NCBI RefSeq assembly: GCF_018336915.1
Contig: NZ_CP064921.1
Location: forward strand, 1 to 32,000
From: Acaryochloris marina S15
GTDB taxonomy: Bacteria > Cyanobacteriota > Cyanobacteriia > Thermosynechococcales > Thermosynechococcaceae
Direction of reading: 5' to 3'
Length of the DNA stretch: 32,000 nt
In this document: positions 17,399 through 26,558 of the stretch, piece after piece
Numbering within the stretch: the first letter of the stretch is position 1
How the letters are laid out: each line of letters starts with the position of its first letter
Notes under the pieces: generated by a model
Told to the model about the DNA's origin: nothing
The model's input: the letters and a program-made list of their open reading frames with translations, nothing else
The model's database searches: none
Made by a program: the position numbers and the translations under genes

Positions 17399-18068
17399 TT
17401 AGAGAAAAAATTGCAAGTATGAAAGGCTATTTTGAGCTAAGTAGCTAGCCTCAAAAAGTAGAGTTATCTTACTTTTCTATAAGTCAATCAAAATAGCCCT
17501 TATGCATTAGACTTACAATACATCTCAAGCAGAATCTATAAATAGTTTATATCCAGTTAATTTAGTAAATATCCATCAAGATATTTTAGTTTACTTACTC
17601 AACTTAAATATTTATTCTGGTTTTGATATGCTACAGTTACCTCAGCAAGTGCCATCACATCTAAACCAATATCTAAATTTTCAAGATGGCAGTTAGAATT
17701 CCATATACGGTGTTATTTTTCTGTTAGTGACTGAGTTGTCTTGAACATACTAATTTATTTGACTTTGTTTTTAAAATAAAGAAGTATTGTTAGTTACCAA
17801 CTTCATCTTGATGCTCCGTAAGTGAATAAGTCTCTTTCACTTGATTGGGATATGTATAGAGTGCGTTGTAGCTTGAGTTGTTGGTGCTTGTTGATACCTA
17901 GTCCTTCAATCACTGTATTTTACCGTTTTGCTCGAAAGCTCGGTAATAAGTTCTCTGTATTTGTTTAATTCTCAATGACTTCAGTTGAATAAGTTATAGG
18001 AGGTGAGTTTTAGTACTTTTAACCTCAAGAATTACATACCTATCTATAGGCAGTATCAAGGTGCAGAC

Positions 18069-18386
18069 ATGAAAAAATCAACAATCTCTAAATGTAGAAG
18101 ACAATTCTCGCTGACTTTCAGCGGACTACTTTTTTTTACCGCAACAGCTAGTATATTTGTAACCCCTGAAGCAGCATCAGCTCACACGAAGTACCGTACG
18201 GTGTGTGCAGGTTACTCAGCAAAAGGTCCGTATGGGTGTAGTAGAGTCAAGACTCCACACAAGCACCAACCACCAAAACCACCAAGACGACCAACAACAA
18301 CAAAACCAACAACAAAACCAACAACAAAAACACCTATTGGTTGCCTCAATACTGGGTTCGACCACTTAGGCCGCAGGTGTCGCTAG
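18069..18386 (+). CDS. small secreted basic protein with 4 Cys and a PTTK-repeat linker (orphan)
   Basis: The ATG at 18069 gives MKKSTISKCRRQFSLTFSGLLFFTATASIFVTPEAASA|HTKY, a signal-peptide-like opening with an AxA site. The mature part (~67 aa) has 4 Cys and the stretch PPKPPRRPTTTKPTTKPTTKTP. The track start at 18003 is a GTG overlapping an AGGAGG, which is unlikely to be used. Confidence 0.6.
   Translation: MKKSTISKCRRQFSLTFSGLLFFTATASIFVTPEAASAHTKYRTVCAGYSAKGPYGCSRVKTPHKHQPPKPPRRPTTTKPTTKPTTKTPIGCLNTGFDHLGRRCR
18291..18329 (+). repeat. CCAACAACA(ACA)AAA tandem repeat (PTT(T)K x3) inside the small ORF
   Basis: One 15-nt unit followed by two perfect 12-nt units. Confidence 0.85.
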
Positions 18387-18443
18387 TCTTAGTACAAGAT
18401 AAAAAGCTTGAAAAATTGATAGAGATGGGGATTTACTAGTACT

Positions 18444-18491
18444 CAACTCATTTCGAGTTTTATTCCATGGGATAAAGCCCGAAATGAGTTG
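18444..18491. repeat. 48-bp imperfect palindrome centred on CCATGG; the right arm is repeat copy C
   Basis: Of the 24 arm positions, 21 pair as Watson-Crick, 2 as G-U on the plus-strand RNA, and 1 is a mismatch. It starts 58 nt after the small-ORF stop and is not followed by a U-tract. Confidence 0.8.
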
Positions 18492-18603
18492 CAGGAATTG
18501 AGAGTCCAGAGTAATGTTGCAGCCTCAACTGAGATTTTTGCTGGGTTAACATTGGAGAGGGACTTTATCAATCAGGTTCTGAGGAAAGAAATCATGCAGT
18601 AAT

Positions 18604-18890
18604 GGCTTTCCAATAGCAACAGAAAAATTTAGCCTGTAGACAAAGAATCAAGCCGTAAGAGCTAGTTATAATAAGCTTTTCAAGACTTCTCGTTTTTGGT
18701 GTCGTTGCTCTCAGAATAGCCGGTACTGAATATATCCTACTGTCCGATCTTTACCTGTAAATGGAACAGTGTAAACCCATACTTCTTTCCCCATAAGGGT
18801 TTCAAGGTAGAAGCTCATAATTGCCCAAACATCTTAAATGGGACAGTTTGATCCCTACCGGCTAAATTTTTCCGTTGCTATTGGAAAGCC
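18604..18890. repeat. MITE-like element with 31-bp terminal inverted repeats
   Basis: GGCTTTCCAATAGCAACAGAAAAATTTAGCC (18604-18634) pairs with GGCTAAATTTTTCCGTTGCTATTGGAAAGCC (18860-18890), with 30 of 31 positions complementary. The ~225-bp interior has no ORF. Confidence 0.75.
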
Positions 18891-18908
18891 TTGTAGCTCT
18901 TTGCCAGG

Positions 18909-19104
18909 CCTCAAACGACCGAAGCTGTATTTAGGGGCAGCTTAAACCCATAAGCTATGAATACCAAAGGTTCTAGCCATTCTCATTAAATATTATTTAT
19001 TGAGAATATTGTTGACTTATAAACGCTGTAACGACCAAAATTGGTTAATTACTATAGTGCATTTATACTAAATTGCCCCATATCGCAGCTTCAGTCGTTT
19101 GAGG
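18909..19104 (-). mobile_element. MITE copy 1 (196 bp, intron-free)
   Basis: The terminal inverted repeats are CCTCAAACGACCGAAGCTG (18909-18927) and CAGCTTCAGTCGTTTGAGG (19086-19104), 18 of 19 complementary. The interior is homologous, in reverse complement, to 28516-28700; for example GCTGCGATATGGGGCAATTTAGTATAAATGCACTATAGT is identical. Confidence 0.8.
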
Positions 19105-19111
19105 TCAAGAA

Positions 19112-19507
19112 CTAACAAAAAGCGATTGCTTCGACTTCCACGAGAGTTTCTGGAGAAGCCAGAGAAGCAACTCCAATGCATGTTATGGCAGGACGTGATT
19201 CGCCAAAGAAATTAGCTAAAATAGGCATAATTTCGTTTGAGTATTCACCAAATTCGCCTCGAATATAAATACGAGCTCGCAATAATTTATCGATTGATGA
19301 CCCCGCATTTTCCAAGGCAATTGCCAAATTAGCGAGTGCCTTTCGCATCTGACCTTCAACAGACTGTTCTGTCGTTTCATATTGATGATTCCAATCTACT
19401 TGACCAGAGAGAAAAATAAGTCCCGATTGAGTCTCGATCGTAGCTTGGGACATACCATATGGAGCACCATCAAACAATTCTGGGGGATTGATTAGTTTTT
19501 TATTCAT
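19112..19507 (-). CDS. RidA/YjgF/L-PSP family protein
   Basis: 131 aa. The layout GLIFLSGQV...ALANLAIALENAGSS...RIYI...PAITCIGVASLASPETLVEVEAIA is typical of the family. Confidence 0.85.
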   Translation of the reverse strand: MNKKLINPPELFDGAPYGMSQATIETQSGLIFLSGQVDWNHQYETTEQSVEGQMRKALANLAIALENAGSSIDKLLRARIYIRGEFGEYSNEIMPILANFFGESRPAITCIGVASLASPETLVEVEAIAFC

Positions 19508-19618
19508 CTTGATTTTCTAAATGTACTTGCAAGGTTGACAATTATGATTATGCAAAAAGTAAGGAGGTAAAAACTTGTATATTTTGCTGATTTCAGGACA
19601 TTCTGATGATTAGTTTGA

Positions 19619-20524
19619 TTATCTTTGTTGTTGCAGTTGTCTGGGAGATACACCTAGCAGTTTTTTCATGTGGCGACTGAGGTGACTTTGGTCGTAAAAA
19701 CCAACGCTAATTGCTACATCGGCGATCGCCATATCTTGTTTGAGCAACAACTTTTTGGCACGATCGATTCTTTGCTGAGTTAAGAATTGATAGGGAGATT
19801 GTCCCGTACTTTGACGAAACAAATGAGAAAAGTGCGACTGACTTAGTTTTACAGAACTGGCTAATTCACCCAAGGAAATATCATTTGCCAGATAAGTATC
19901 AATATAATCAGTTACCTGTTTGAGTTTATAAAGAGGTAGTCCACCTGTATATTCCGCTACCTTAGCTCTTGAGGTACTGTAATGTCTTAATAGATGTACG
20001 GCTAGCATATTGCTAAGAGACTCAATATACATTTGATTGCCAGATTGAGTGTGAGCAATCTCTTGCTGAAACAACATTGCTAAATTGTGTAGATGAGAGT
20101 CGTGTTTATTTAAAACGGGTAAAATTTCTACACTATCGGCGTTAGCAAAATCATTTTCTAAGGCAATTTTCCGTAGAAAATCTGGCGCAATCTCGAAGCT
20201 CAAGCTCAAGCATTCATCAGAGTCTTCCCACGACCAAAAACCATTGTATGAACTAGGCTTGAGGCATATAGCGCCCCGTTTCGTTTCACCAGTATATTCG
20301 CGATCTCCAATTCGAGTAATTTGCTGTAAGTGACTATCACTCAACAAATAATACAGCCAATGATGATTGGTAGAAGCTACTTCTTTTTGATTGTCAGGAT
20401 CAACATGATGAGAAACAATAAAGTTTCCTTGATGAGCAATTTTTTGAGCAACAATCCCACGATTTATGTTGTTAGGATCGACAACTGTTAGCGGTAGACT
20501 TTCATCAGCTTCTCGATTTCTCAT
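19619..20524 (-). CDS. AraC family transcriptional regulator
   Basis: It has the C-terminal double HTH (ISLGELASSVKLSQSHFSHLFRQSTGQSPYQFLTQQRIDRAKKLL...IADVAISVGFYDQSHLSRHMKKLLGVSP). Confidence 0.9.
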   Translation of the reverse strand: MRNREADESLPLTVVDPNNINRGIVAQKIAHQGNFIVSHHVDPDNQKEVASTNHHWLYYLLSDSHLQQITRIGDREYTGETKRGAICLKPSSYNGFWSWEDSDECLSLSFEIAPDFLRKIALENDFANADSVEILPVLNKHDSHLHNLAMLFQQEIAHTQSGNQMYIESLSNMLAVHLLRHYSTSRAKVAEYTGGLPLYKLKQVTDYIDTYLANDISLGELASSVKLSQSHFSHLFRQSTGQSPYQFLTQQRIDRAKKLLLKQDMAIADVAISVGFYDQSHLSRHMKKLLGVSPRQLQQQR

Positions 20525-20758
20525 TTTGATAATTTCTCAATAGACTTGTCCGAATATTTATATAATTAAAAATTCTATATAGCGTTGAGATAGCAAACGA
20601 ACAGAAAACAACACTGAACGTATAGCTAGAAATATTTACTTAGAATTATCTGGATACTGTGCGTACTGGTTGACTGATGAAACAATATCAAAATATCTGG
20701 AAGGTGAAATAGAAATTGGACAAATAGCATAACCCCTGAATCTATGACCTATAGTCCC

Positions 20759-21340
20759 TCAAGGATTAACCCATTGGCTCGACCAGGTAGTATCTGTTTC
20801 TAACTGGTAAATACAGCGTTGGTGCGGATCGCTTCTTAATTTTAAATGGTCTACTTTTTGGGGAACTAATAACAACAAGCCGAAAGTATCTGGGGGCAGA
20901 ATAGGATCAGGTGGTTCGATATCAAAGGTTGACTGGTCCGCTGTTGGTTGTCCTGGATCTGACCAAGCAAATTGCGATCGCGCCGCGTCAGAAAGCTCTT
21001 GCCAGGCTATGTTACGGGCTTTAAGTAAATCTGAATCTTTATCTTGAGCTTTCACCAAGCGTAGAACACCTTGAATCCGAAACTGTTCGCGGGTTTCGGT
21101 AAAATACCAGCATATTTCCCCTACTGCTTGCCGTTCAATATCTTGAACCTTAGCACTACGGACATCGATAACAATTTTTAGGCTATTGCTATCGTCTTCT
21201 AAAAAACCCCGAAACACTAGCGTACGGTTACTAGGATAGCCCGCTGGGGTTACGGTAGCTAGCTGAAAGAAACGAGAATAGGGGTTGAAACGATTGCCGT
21301 CAATGGCACTGGATAAATGCGATCTATAGGGAGGAATCAT
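20759..21340 (-). CDS. PPOX-class FMN-dependent flavoprotein (cyanobacterial Alr4036-like)
   Basis: NRTLVFRGF...KIVIDVRSAKVQDI...GEICWYFTETREQFRIQG matches the pyridoxamine-phosphate-oxidase-like split barrel pattern. Confidence 0.7.
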   Translation of the reverse strand: MIPPYRSHLSSAIDGNRFNPYSRFFQLATVTPAGYPSNRTLVFRGFLEDDSNSLKIVIDVRSAKVQDIERQAVGEICWYFTETREQFRIQGVLRLVKAQDKDSDLLKARNIAWQELSDAARSQFAWSDPGQPTADQSTFDIEPPDPILPPDTFGLLLLVPQKVDHLKLRSDPHQRCIYQLETDTTWSSQWVNP

Positions 21341-21503
21341 AACAGTTGATAACGAACAATGGACAATGAAAAACGATTTTTGTCTTAGGGTAAGTTCGAC
21401 AATATTAGAAATTAACAGAAGGCAACGATCGCAATTCTTTCGGTTCTAATAGCAAACAGGTTGTCATTATTTAAGTTTGTAGTCTGGCTATAATGTGATT
21501 ACT

Positions 21504-21641
21504 TTAACGACAGCCAATACATCTTGAAGAATAGTCAGCCTCAGCAAACGCATAGCGAATCTGACCAGACTCCTCTATGACATAGGTGGTGGGCATCAGT
21601 AGCTTATAGCTATCGTCACCATTGCTGTCGGGAATAACAAT
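21504..21641 (-). pseudogene. possible C-terminal remnant of a thioredoxin-fold (AhpC/TSA-like) gene
   Basis: It translates to IVIPDSNGDDSYKLLMPTTYVIEESGQIRYAFAEADYSSR, which resembles the ...PD.NG......L..P.TFVID.dG.IRY... tail of redoxins. It has no start codon and begins just after the MATE stop. Confidence 0.3.
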
Positions 21642-21645
21642 TCAC

Positions 21646-23058
21646 CTATATTACGAGAGCATCGGGTCCTGAACTACGCTCGTCACTGGAAGCAATTATC
21701 AGTTGAGTTAATCGCGTAAACCGCCATGTAAATAGGATACTCGCAAACACAACTCCAATAGTCTGTCCTATCCATAAGCCAATACTTCCTAGCTGTAATG
21801 TGAATCCTAATACATAGCTTCCACTTAGACCCACAACCCAAAAAGAAAGGCCACTGAGTAACATTGGCACCTGAGTATCTTGAAGACCATACAGTGCTCC
21901 CATTGCAACTCGCTGAACTCCATCAAATAATTGAGATAAAGCAACAATATATAGCATTGGCAATGCAATGAGAATAGTGCTTAAATTTTCAGGATTATTA
22001 ACATCTATAAATATGCTAATTATCTGCTTAGGAAAGCTCACTAATATAACTGCAGTAGAAAGCATTAGAAGTGAAACAGCTACAATAGCAATATATCCTG
22101 CCAGACGTGCGCTTCTAAAATCTTTTTTTCCCACCCATTGTCCTACCCGTGCCGTTACTGCGTAGGACATTCCTAAAGGAATCATGAAAAGAAGAAGCAT
22201 TGTTTGATAAACAATATGATGCGCAGCTAGGACTTGAGCACCTAAAAGTCCCATGAAAAAAGTGATTATTGCGAACAACCCATACTCCAACGCAAGCGTT
22301 ACGGCAATGCCACTCCCAATACGTATTAAACGTAAAATTAATGAAGGACTAATATGAACAAAATCGTTTAAGAAATTATATTTTTTCAAGTCTGCTTGTT
22401 TCAAGGTATAAGCTAAGAAAATAGCAAACATTAACCAAAAACTTAATCCACTGGCTAAGCCGAAGCCCGCTAGTTCCATTCTTGGAAACGAAAATTTCCC
22501 AAATCCTAAGACATAATTTCCCGTTATATTGAATATTGTTCCAATAATGACAATGGGAGTAACAATATGAGCATGGGCAAGAGCCGAGACATATCCTCGT
22601 AACATGGCAAAACCTAAGGCTGGAAAAATTCCCCATAAAATCCATTTTAGATAAGGATTCGCCAGTGAAATAATATCCAAAGGTTGCTGAAATAAAGACA
22701 GAAATGATTCCAAATTTCCAACTAATATCATTAAGGGGACTGCCAAGAAAATCGATAGCCATAGACCCTGGCGTGCAATATGTGAGATTTTCTGGGTTTG
22801 GCGCGCCCCATATGCTTCCGCAACTAAAGGGCTAACAGCCATGACCAGACCGCTGAAAGTGTTCAGGATCAATTGAAACGTTGTTGCTGCTAAACCACCT
22901 GCTGCTAAGCTCTCGATACTTAAATGCCCCATCATAATCGTGTCCACGAAGCCAACGGCAGCCTGAGCAATTTGTGCACACGCTAACGGGACAGATAGTT
23001 TCAAAAATTCTTTTACCTCAAGGCTAATACTCGATTTATTGATTACATTGCTGGTCAT
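21646..23058 (-). CDS. MATE family efflux transporter
   Basis: 470 aa and about 12 TM segments. The N-terminus LKLSVPLACAQIAQAAVGFVDTIMMGHL is the classic MatE opening. Confidence 0.9.
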   Translation of the reverse strand: MTSNVINKSSISLEVKEFLKLSVPLACAQIAQAAVGFVDTIMMGHLSIESLAAGGLAATTFQLILNTFSGLVMAVSPLVAEAYGARQTQKISHIARQGLWLSIFLAVPLMILVGNLESFLSLFQQPLDIISLANPYLKWILWGIFPALGFAMLRGYVSALAHAHIVTPIVIIGTIFNITGNYVLGFGKFSFPRMELAGFGLASGLSFWLMFAIFLAYTLKQADLKKYNFLNDFVHISPSLILRLIRIGSGIAVTLALEYGLFAIITFFMGLLGAQVLAAHHIVYQTMLLLFMIPLGMSYAVTARVGQWVGKKDFRSARLAGYIAIVAVSLLMLSTAVILVSFPKQIISIFIDVNNPENLSTILIALPMLYIVALSQLFDGVQRVAMGALYGLQDTQVPMLLSGLSFWVVGLSGSYVLGFTLQLGSIGLWIGQTIGVVFASILFTWRFTRLTQLIIASSDERSSGPDALVI

Positions 23059-23645
23059 TACTGTAGATTCTTGATAAACAGTTTAGAAAATTTTTGACTA
23101 CCCAAATCACAAATAGTGGTCTGTACAAAACTGCCAGGATTGGCTGATCAGAATGAGAGTGTCTGCAAAATGTTGATATTCTTTTAGCTCAAACCTTGGC
23201 TCATAATGGCTCGAAACTCTTTAAGTTGTTTTTGAAGCTGGTGATAGCCATAGTTAATATGTCTCCAAAGAAGTAGATTGTTCAAGATTATGGAAGGTTC
23301 AGGACCTTTCATTTTTTATCGAGCGTCACCCTAGCCGTAAGAGATAATTTGGGTAAGACTCAATTGCCTCGATCTACAACCGTGCGTTTATATATACTCA
23401 GAACGAGTTGAAAGTTTACTTTCTTCATGAGCTTCAAATCCCTTGTTAGAGAGAGTTGTAGCTCAATCTAAAATGTTAAGCCCTCAGCCGTTGGCAGTAT
23501 AACTGTCTAGATTTACTGCATGAATCCAGGCAGTTGACTAATCCATTTTTCCTTGGCTTGTTGCGGTTGGACTATAGGTTGAAACTATCGTAACTGCCAT
23601 AAACTGATATTGTTTGAAAGGTGGTTAGACATCCAAAAGAGTAAG

Positions 23646-23676
23646 CTTTGTTGACGCTTATTAGGCATCAACAAAG
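23646..23676 (-). terminator. candidate intrinsic terminator of the SDR gene
   Basis: A 9-bp stem (CTTTGTTGA / TCAACAAAG) with a 13-nt loop overlaps the stop codon. On the minus strand it is followed by CTTACTCTTTTGG. Confidence 0.35.
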
Positions 23677-24269
23677 AGAACTTCTCCAGTAATAAACCCA
23701 TCAACAGAGCGTTCAAAGGCTTTGCCAACCAATTTCCCAGGAACAGGTTGAAAACCTGGCATTATCTCACCGTATACATCCCAAGCCTCTACCAGAACCG
23801 TGGGATTGACGACATTGATACGGATTCCTCTAGGCATCTCATAGGCGACACACTTCACAAAAGTGTCTATTGCACCGCTAGTCGTTGCATCTGCAATTGC
23901 AAATGGAATCGGTTTAGTATTCAAAATGCCGCTAATAAGCGTAAATGATCCAGCGTCCGCAATATACTCTTGTCCGATTCGGACTAAGTTAATTTGTCCC
24001 ATCATCTTACTCATCACAGTAGTCATCCACTGCTGTTCTGTCATGTCTACGAACATCTCATATTCACAGAATCCAACAGTATTCACAACAGCATCAAAGC
24101 CGCTGACTGCTTGGTATAGTGCCCTGATGGATTCTTCACTTGTGATGTCAACTTTGTAGTCACAACCTTCGCCAGAGCGGGAGGCTGTGATAACACGATG
24201 CTTACCTAAGCCCGTTAGTGCAGCCTGTCCCATTTTGCCATTGGCACCAATCAGAATTACCGTTTTCAT
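23661..24269 (-). CDS. short-chain dehydrogenase/reductase (atypical, short)
   Basis: MKTVILIGANGKMGQAAL is a Rossmann-type GxxGxxG-like start. The protein is 202 aa. Confidence 0.75.
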   Translation of the reverse strand: MKTVILIGANGKMGQAALTGLGKHRVITASRSGEGCDYKVDITSEESIRALYQAVSGFDAVVNTVGFCEYEMFVDMTEQQWMTTVMSKMMGQINLVRIGQEYIADAGSFTLISGILNTKPIPFAIADATTSGAIDTFVKCVAYEMPRGIRINVVNPTVLVEAWDVYGEIMPGFQPVPGKLVGKAFERSVDGFITGEVLFVDA

Positions 24270-24447
24270 TGTTTTAGTTTCCTTTAGATTTTGTTTCGGT
24301 TGTGAGATCAGCTCTTAACTAGAGTACATCAAGACTGACCTATATGTATGTAGATAATATAGCCAAAAAATATACTGCTCAACTTAATCGTGAATGGAAA
24401 CATCAAGACTCATTGAACAGCTAGATGATAGGCTTGAGGTTATTTTT

Positions 24448-24465
24448 CTACCTATATATAGGTAG
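24448..24465. promoter_or_regulatory. perfect 18-bp palindrome CTACCTATATATAGGTAG (possible operator)
   Basis: It is perfectly self-complementary. It lies 179 nt upstream of the SDR start and 41 nt from the IS4 end. Confidence 0.3.
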
Positions 24466-24505
24466 TCTACAATGAGTTGCTAAACGATGCAAGGGGTAAT
24501 GGGGG

Positions 24506-25932
24506 CTACGGTGTACACATAAGTCGATTTTGAGCTATTTCCCATGCAAAGAACATCGTCTCAAACCGTTTCAGGCCATGGGTTAGCGTTGCTGTACCTG
24601 GAGGTCTTTGAGACTGATACCCCTTCCATCCACCCAGGCGAGCAACAATCCAAGTTGCCCAGGCCAAGGAGTTAATCGGATAAGGATTTTGTAGCTTTGT
24701 AGTTTTACCTTGGACTGTGGGGGCAATTTGTTTCAGGTATTGCTGCTGTTCATCGGTAAAAGTGATAGATGCAGGCCATTGTGGCTCGTCTCGTCCTTCC
24801 ACCATTTGCAATGTCGCAACCGCAACAGATAAGGCTAAGACGGTGAGGCGCTGAATTGCTTCACCTGATTCGAGTTGTGTCGATTCAAGATCTAAACCAG
24901 TCTTTTTTAGTTGGGCAAAAAGCCGCTCAATTCTCCACCTGAATTTGTACCATTCCAGGATTTGTAGCGCTTGCTCAAGGGATTCCACCGTGTGAGTGGT
25001 CAATAAGCGCCAATGAATCGGTTTCTGACCTTTGGGCGTTGTCTGTTCTTCCGCTTCGATGGCATACAGTTGAATACTCGGTGGATAGTCCAATTCCTTT
25101 AAATGCTCAGGTCGTTGAATTTTGACTGGAGCACAGCGGATCAGTAGCTTTGCATCTCTCGCCATCCGCTGAGTACGGGATTCGTACTCAATCGTAATCG
25201 TGGTAAATCCAATCCCCCATTGTGATTTGAGATATCCATAGAGTGATTTGGATTGACCTAGCAGACGACGGTCTTGACGAACCCTGACTAGGAGATGATT
25301 GAATGCATCAGGCACCGTTGCCCACTCTTCATACAAGTCCGATTCTCGGTCACCGATATGAGTGACCAGGCTAGCCCCTCCTGTCTTCAAACAGTGTTGA
25401 CTTCGCTCAGCAGATGCTAACCATTTGAAGGATTCTTTCTCTTCAATCGGGAGATTGTTATACCCACCTCTATCTTTGACCGTTGGACGATTCGAGTCAC
25501 GAGTCCATAGTTGAACAGTGCTCAATCCAAGCGGGAAACCAGTAGCTGCATCTAAGGCTAGGGTGGGGTGAATAAAAAAGCCCACATCACGATCATTACC
25601 GACGACACCCAATTCTTCTGTTTTGATGCGTCCAGAATGAGACTGCAAGTTGATCTCACTAGTGTCACTGATCGCTAAAATATGTCGCTCTTCTACCTGT
25701 TGCTGGCAGTGGTCACTGAGGCTTTTGACCAGTTCAGATATAGACACGTTCTCATTCTCTAAGAAGCGGTAGTAGCCCACTTGCTCTGCGCGGCCTTGGC
25801 TGATTTGACGGATGCTTACGCTCTGATGGTGATGAATGGCATCGAATAATGAAGCCCCCTTTTGAGCAAACGAAGGTCTCCAAAGGTAGTTCCATTAATC
25901 AGTTCTTCGTGCACCAAAATAGGATTTTTCAT
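24506..25932 (-). pseudogene. IS4-family transposase with one frameshift in an A4G5 tract
   Basis: The ATG at 25932 gives MKNPILVHEELINGTTFGDLRLLKRG. The main frame then continues ASLFDAIHHHQSVSIRQISQGRAEQVGYYRFLENENV... and carries YKFRWRIERLFAQLK (the YREK signature). The frames meet at CCCCCTTTT (25855-25863), and one extra G would restore a single ORF. Confidence 0.85.
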
Positions 25933-25995
25933 ATCTATGAGGATGCTCTATACGACTTCACTACAGTCTAATTCAGACTTGTGTGTACACCGTAG
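24506..25995 (-). mobile_element. IS4-family (IS50/Tn5-like) insertion sequence, 1490 bp, with target-site duplication
   Basis: The inverted repeats are CTACGGTGTACACATAAGTC (24506-24525) and GACTTGTGTGTACACCGTAG (25976-25995), 19 of 20 complementary. A direct repeat GTAATGGGGG flanks both ends (24496-24505 and 25996-26005). Confidence 0.9.
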
Positions 25996-26419
25996 GTAAT
26001 GGGGGTTACCCCCTGACTGCCTGACATAAGTACCTCAAAGCCTTTAGATACATAGCTTTTGGATGCTGAATAGCAGGGTGTATAAGGCCACAAACGACCG
26101 GTGCGATGTAGCAAGCTAAGTGTGAAAGGAGGAATCAACTTCTAATCAATGAGTGGAGATGAATATCTCTCAGCAGAATCTGTCCTGCTGTCCCCACGTA
26201 AAGGAGTCTCTGACTCTGGTCACGTTGGTAGTAAGTAATGAATCCAACGGAATGCAGACCACGAAAGAATCCTAACCTGACAGCCTAAGTCGGGAAAGGG
26301 CAAGGGGAAGCCTGAAAGGGTTAAGACAACTGAATCGTCGATTAAGCTTCGTCATTGAGGAATGAGTGAAATCAGGCTGACACACTCAAACCAAAAGGTG
26401 TATGGGTGGTTCAACGGCT

Positions 26420-26426
26420 CGGTCGT
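26420..26426 (+). other. EBS1 candidate (CGGTCGT) in the terminal loop of hairpin 26409-26435
   Basis: The stem is GTTCAACGG / CCGTTGAAC. The loop sequence CGGTCGT is the exact complement of the 5'-exon end ACGACCG (26094-26100). Confidence 0.7.
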
Positions 26427-26558
26427 CCGTTGAACGACAGACCATAATCCCATCGGAGTATAGACGGAACCCGCCCCAGGCGCATCTCACACACTTGGAA
26501 CTACAGTAAGCCCGATGGATTCTCTGGTGATTTCAGCAGAGTAGGCAAACCGTAAGGG

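Noticed and set aside
23184-23312. 42-aa minus-strand ORF (MKGPEPSIILNNLLLWRHINYGYHQLQKQLKEFRAIMSQGLS) in the 600-bp MATE-SDR spacer
   Set aside because: It has no RBS and no recognisable motif. It is possibly a gene remnant, but that is not supportable.
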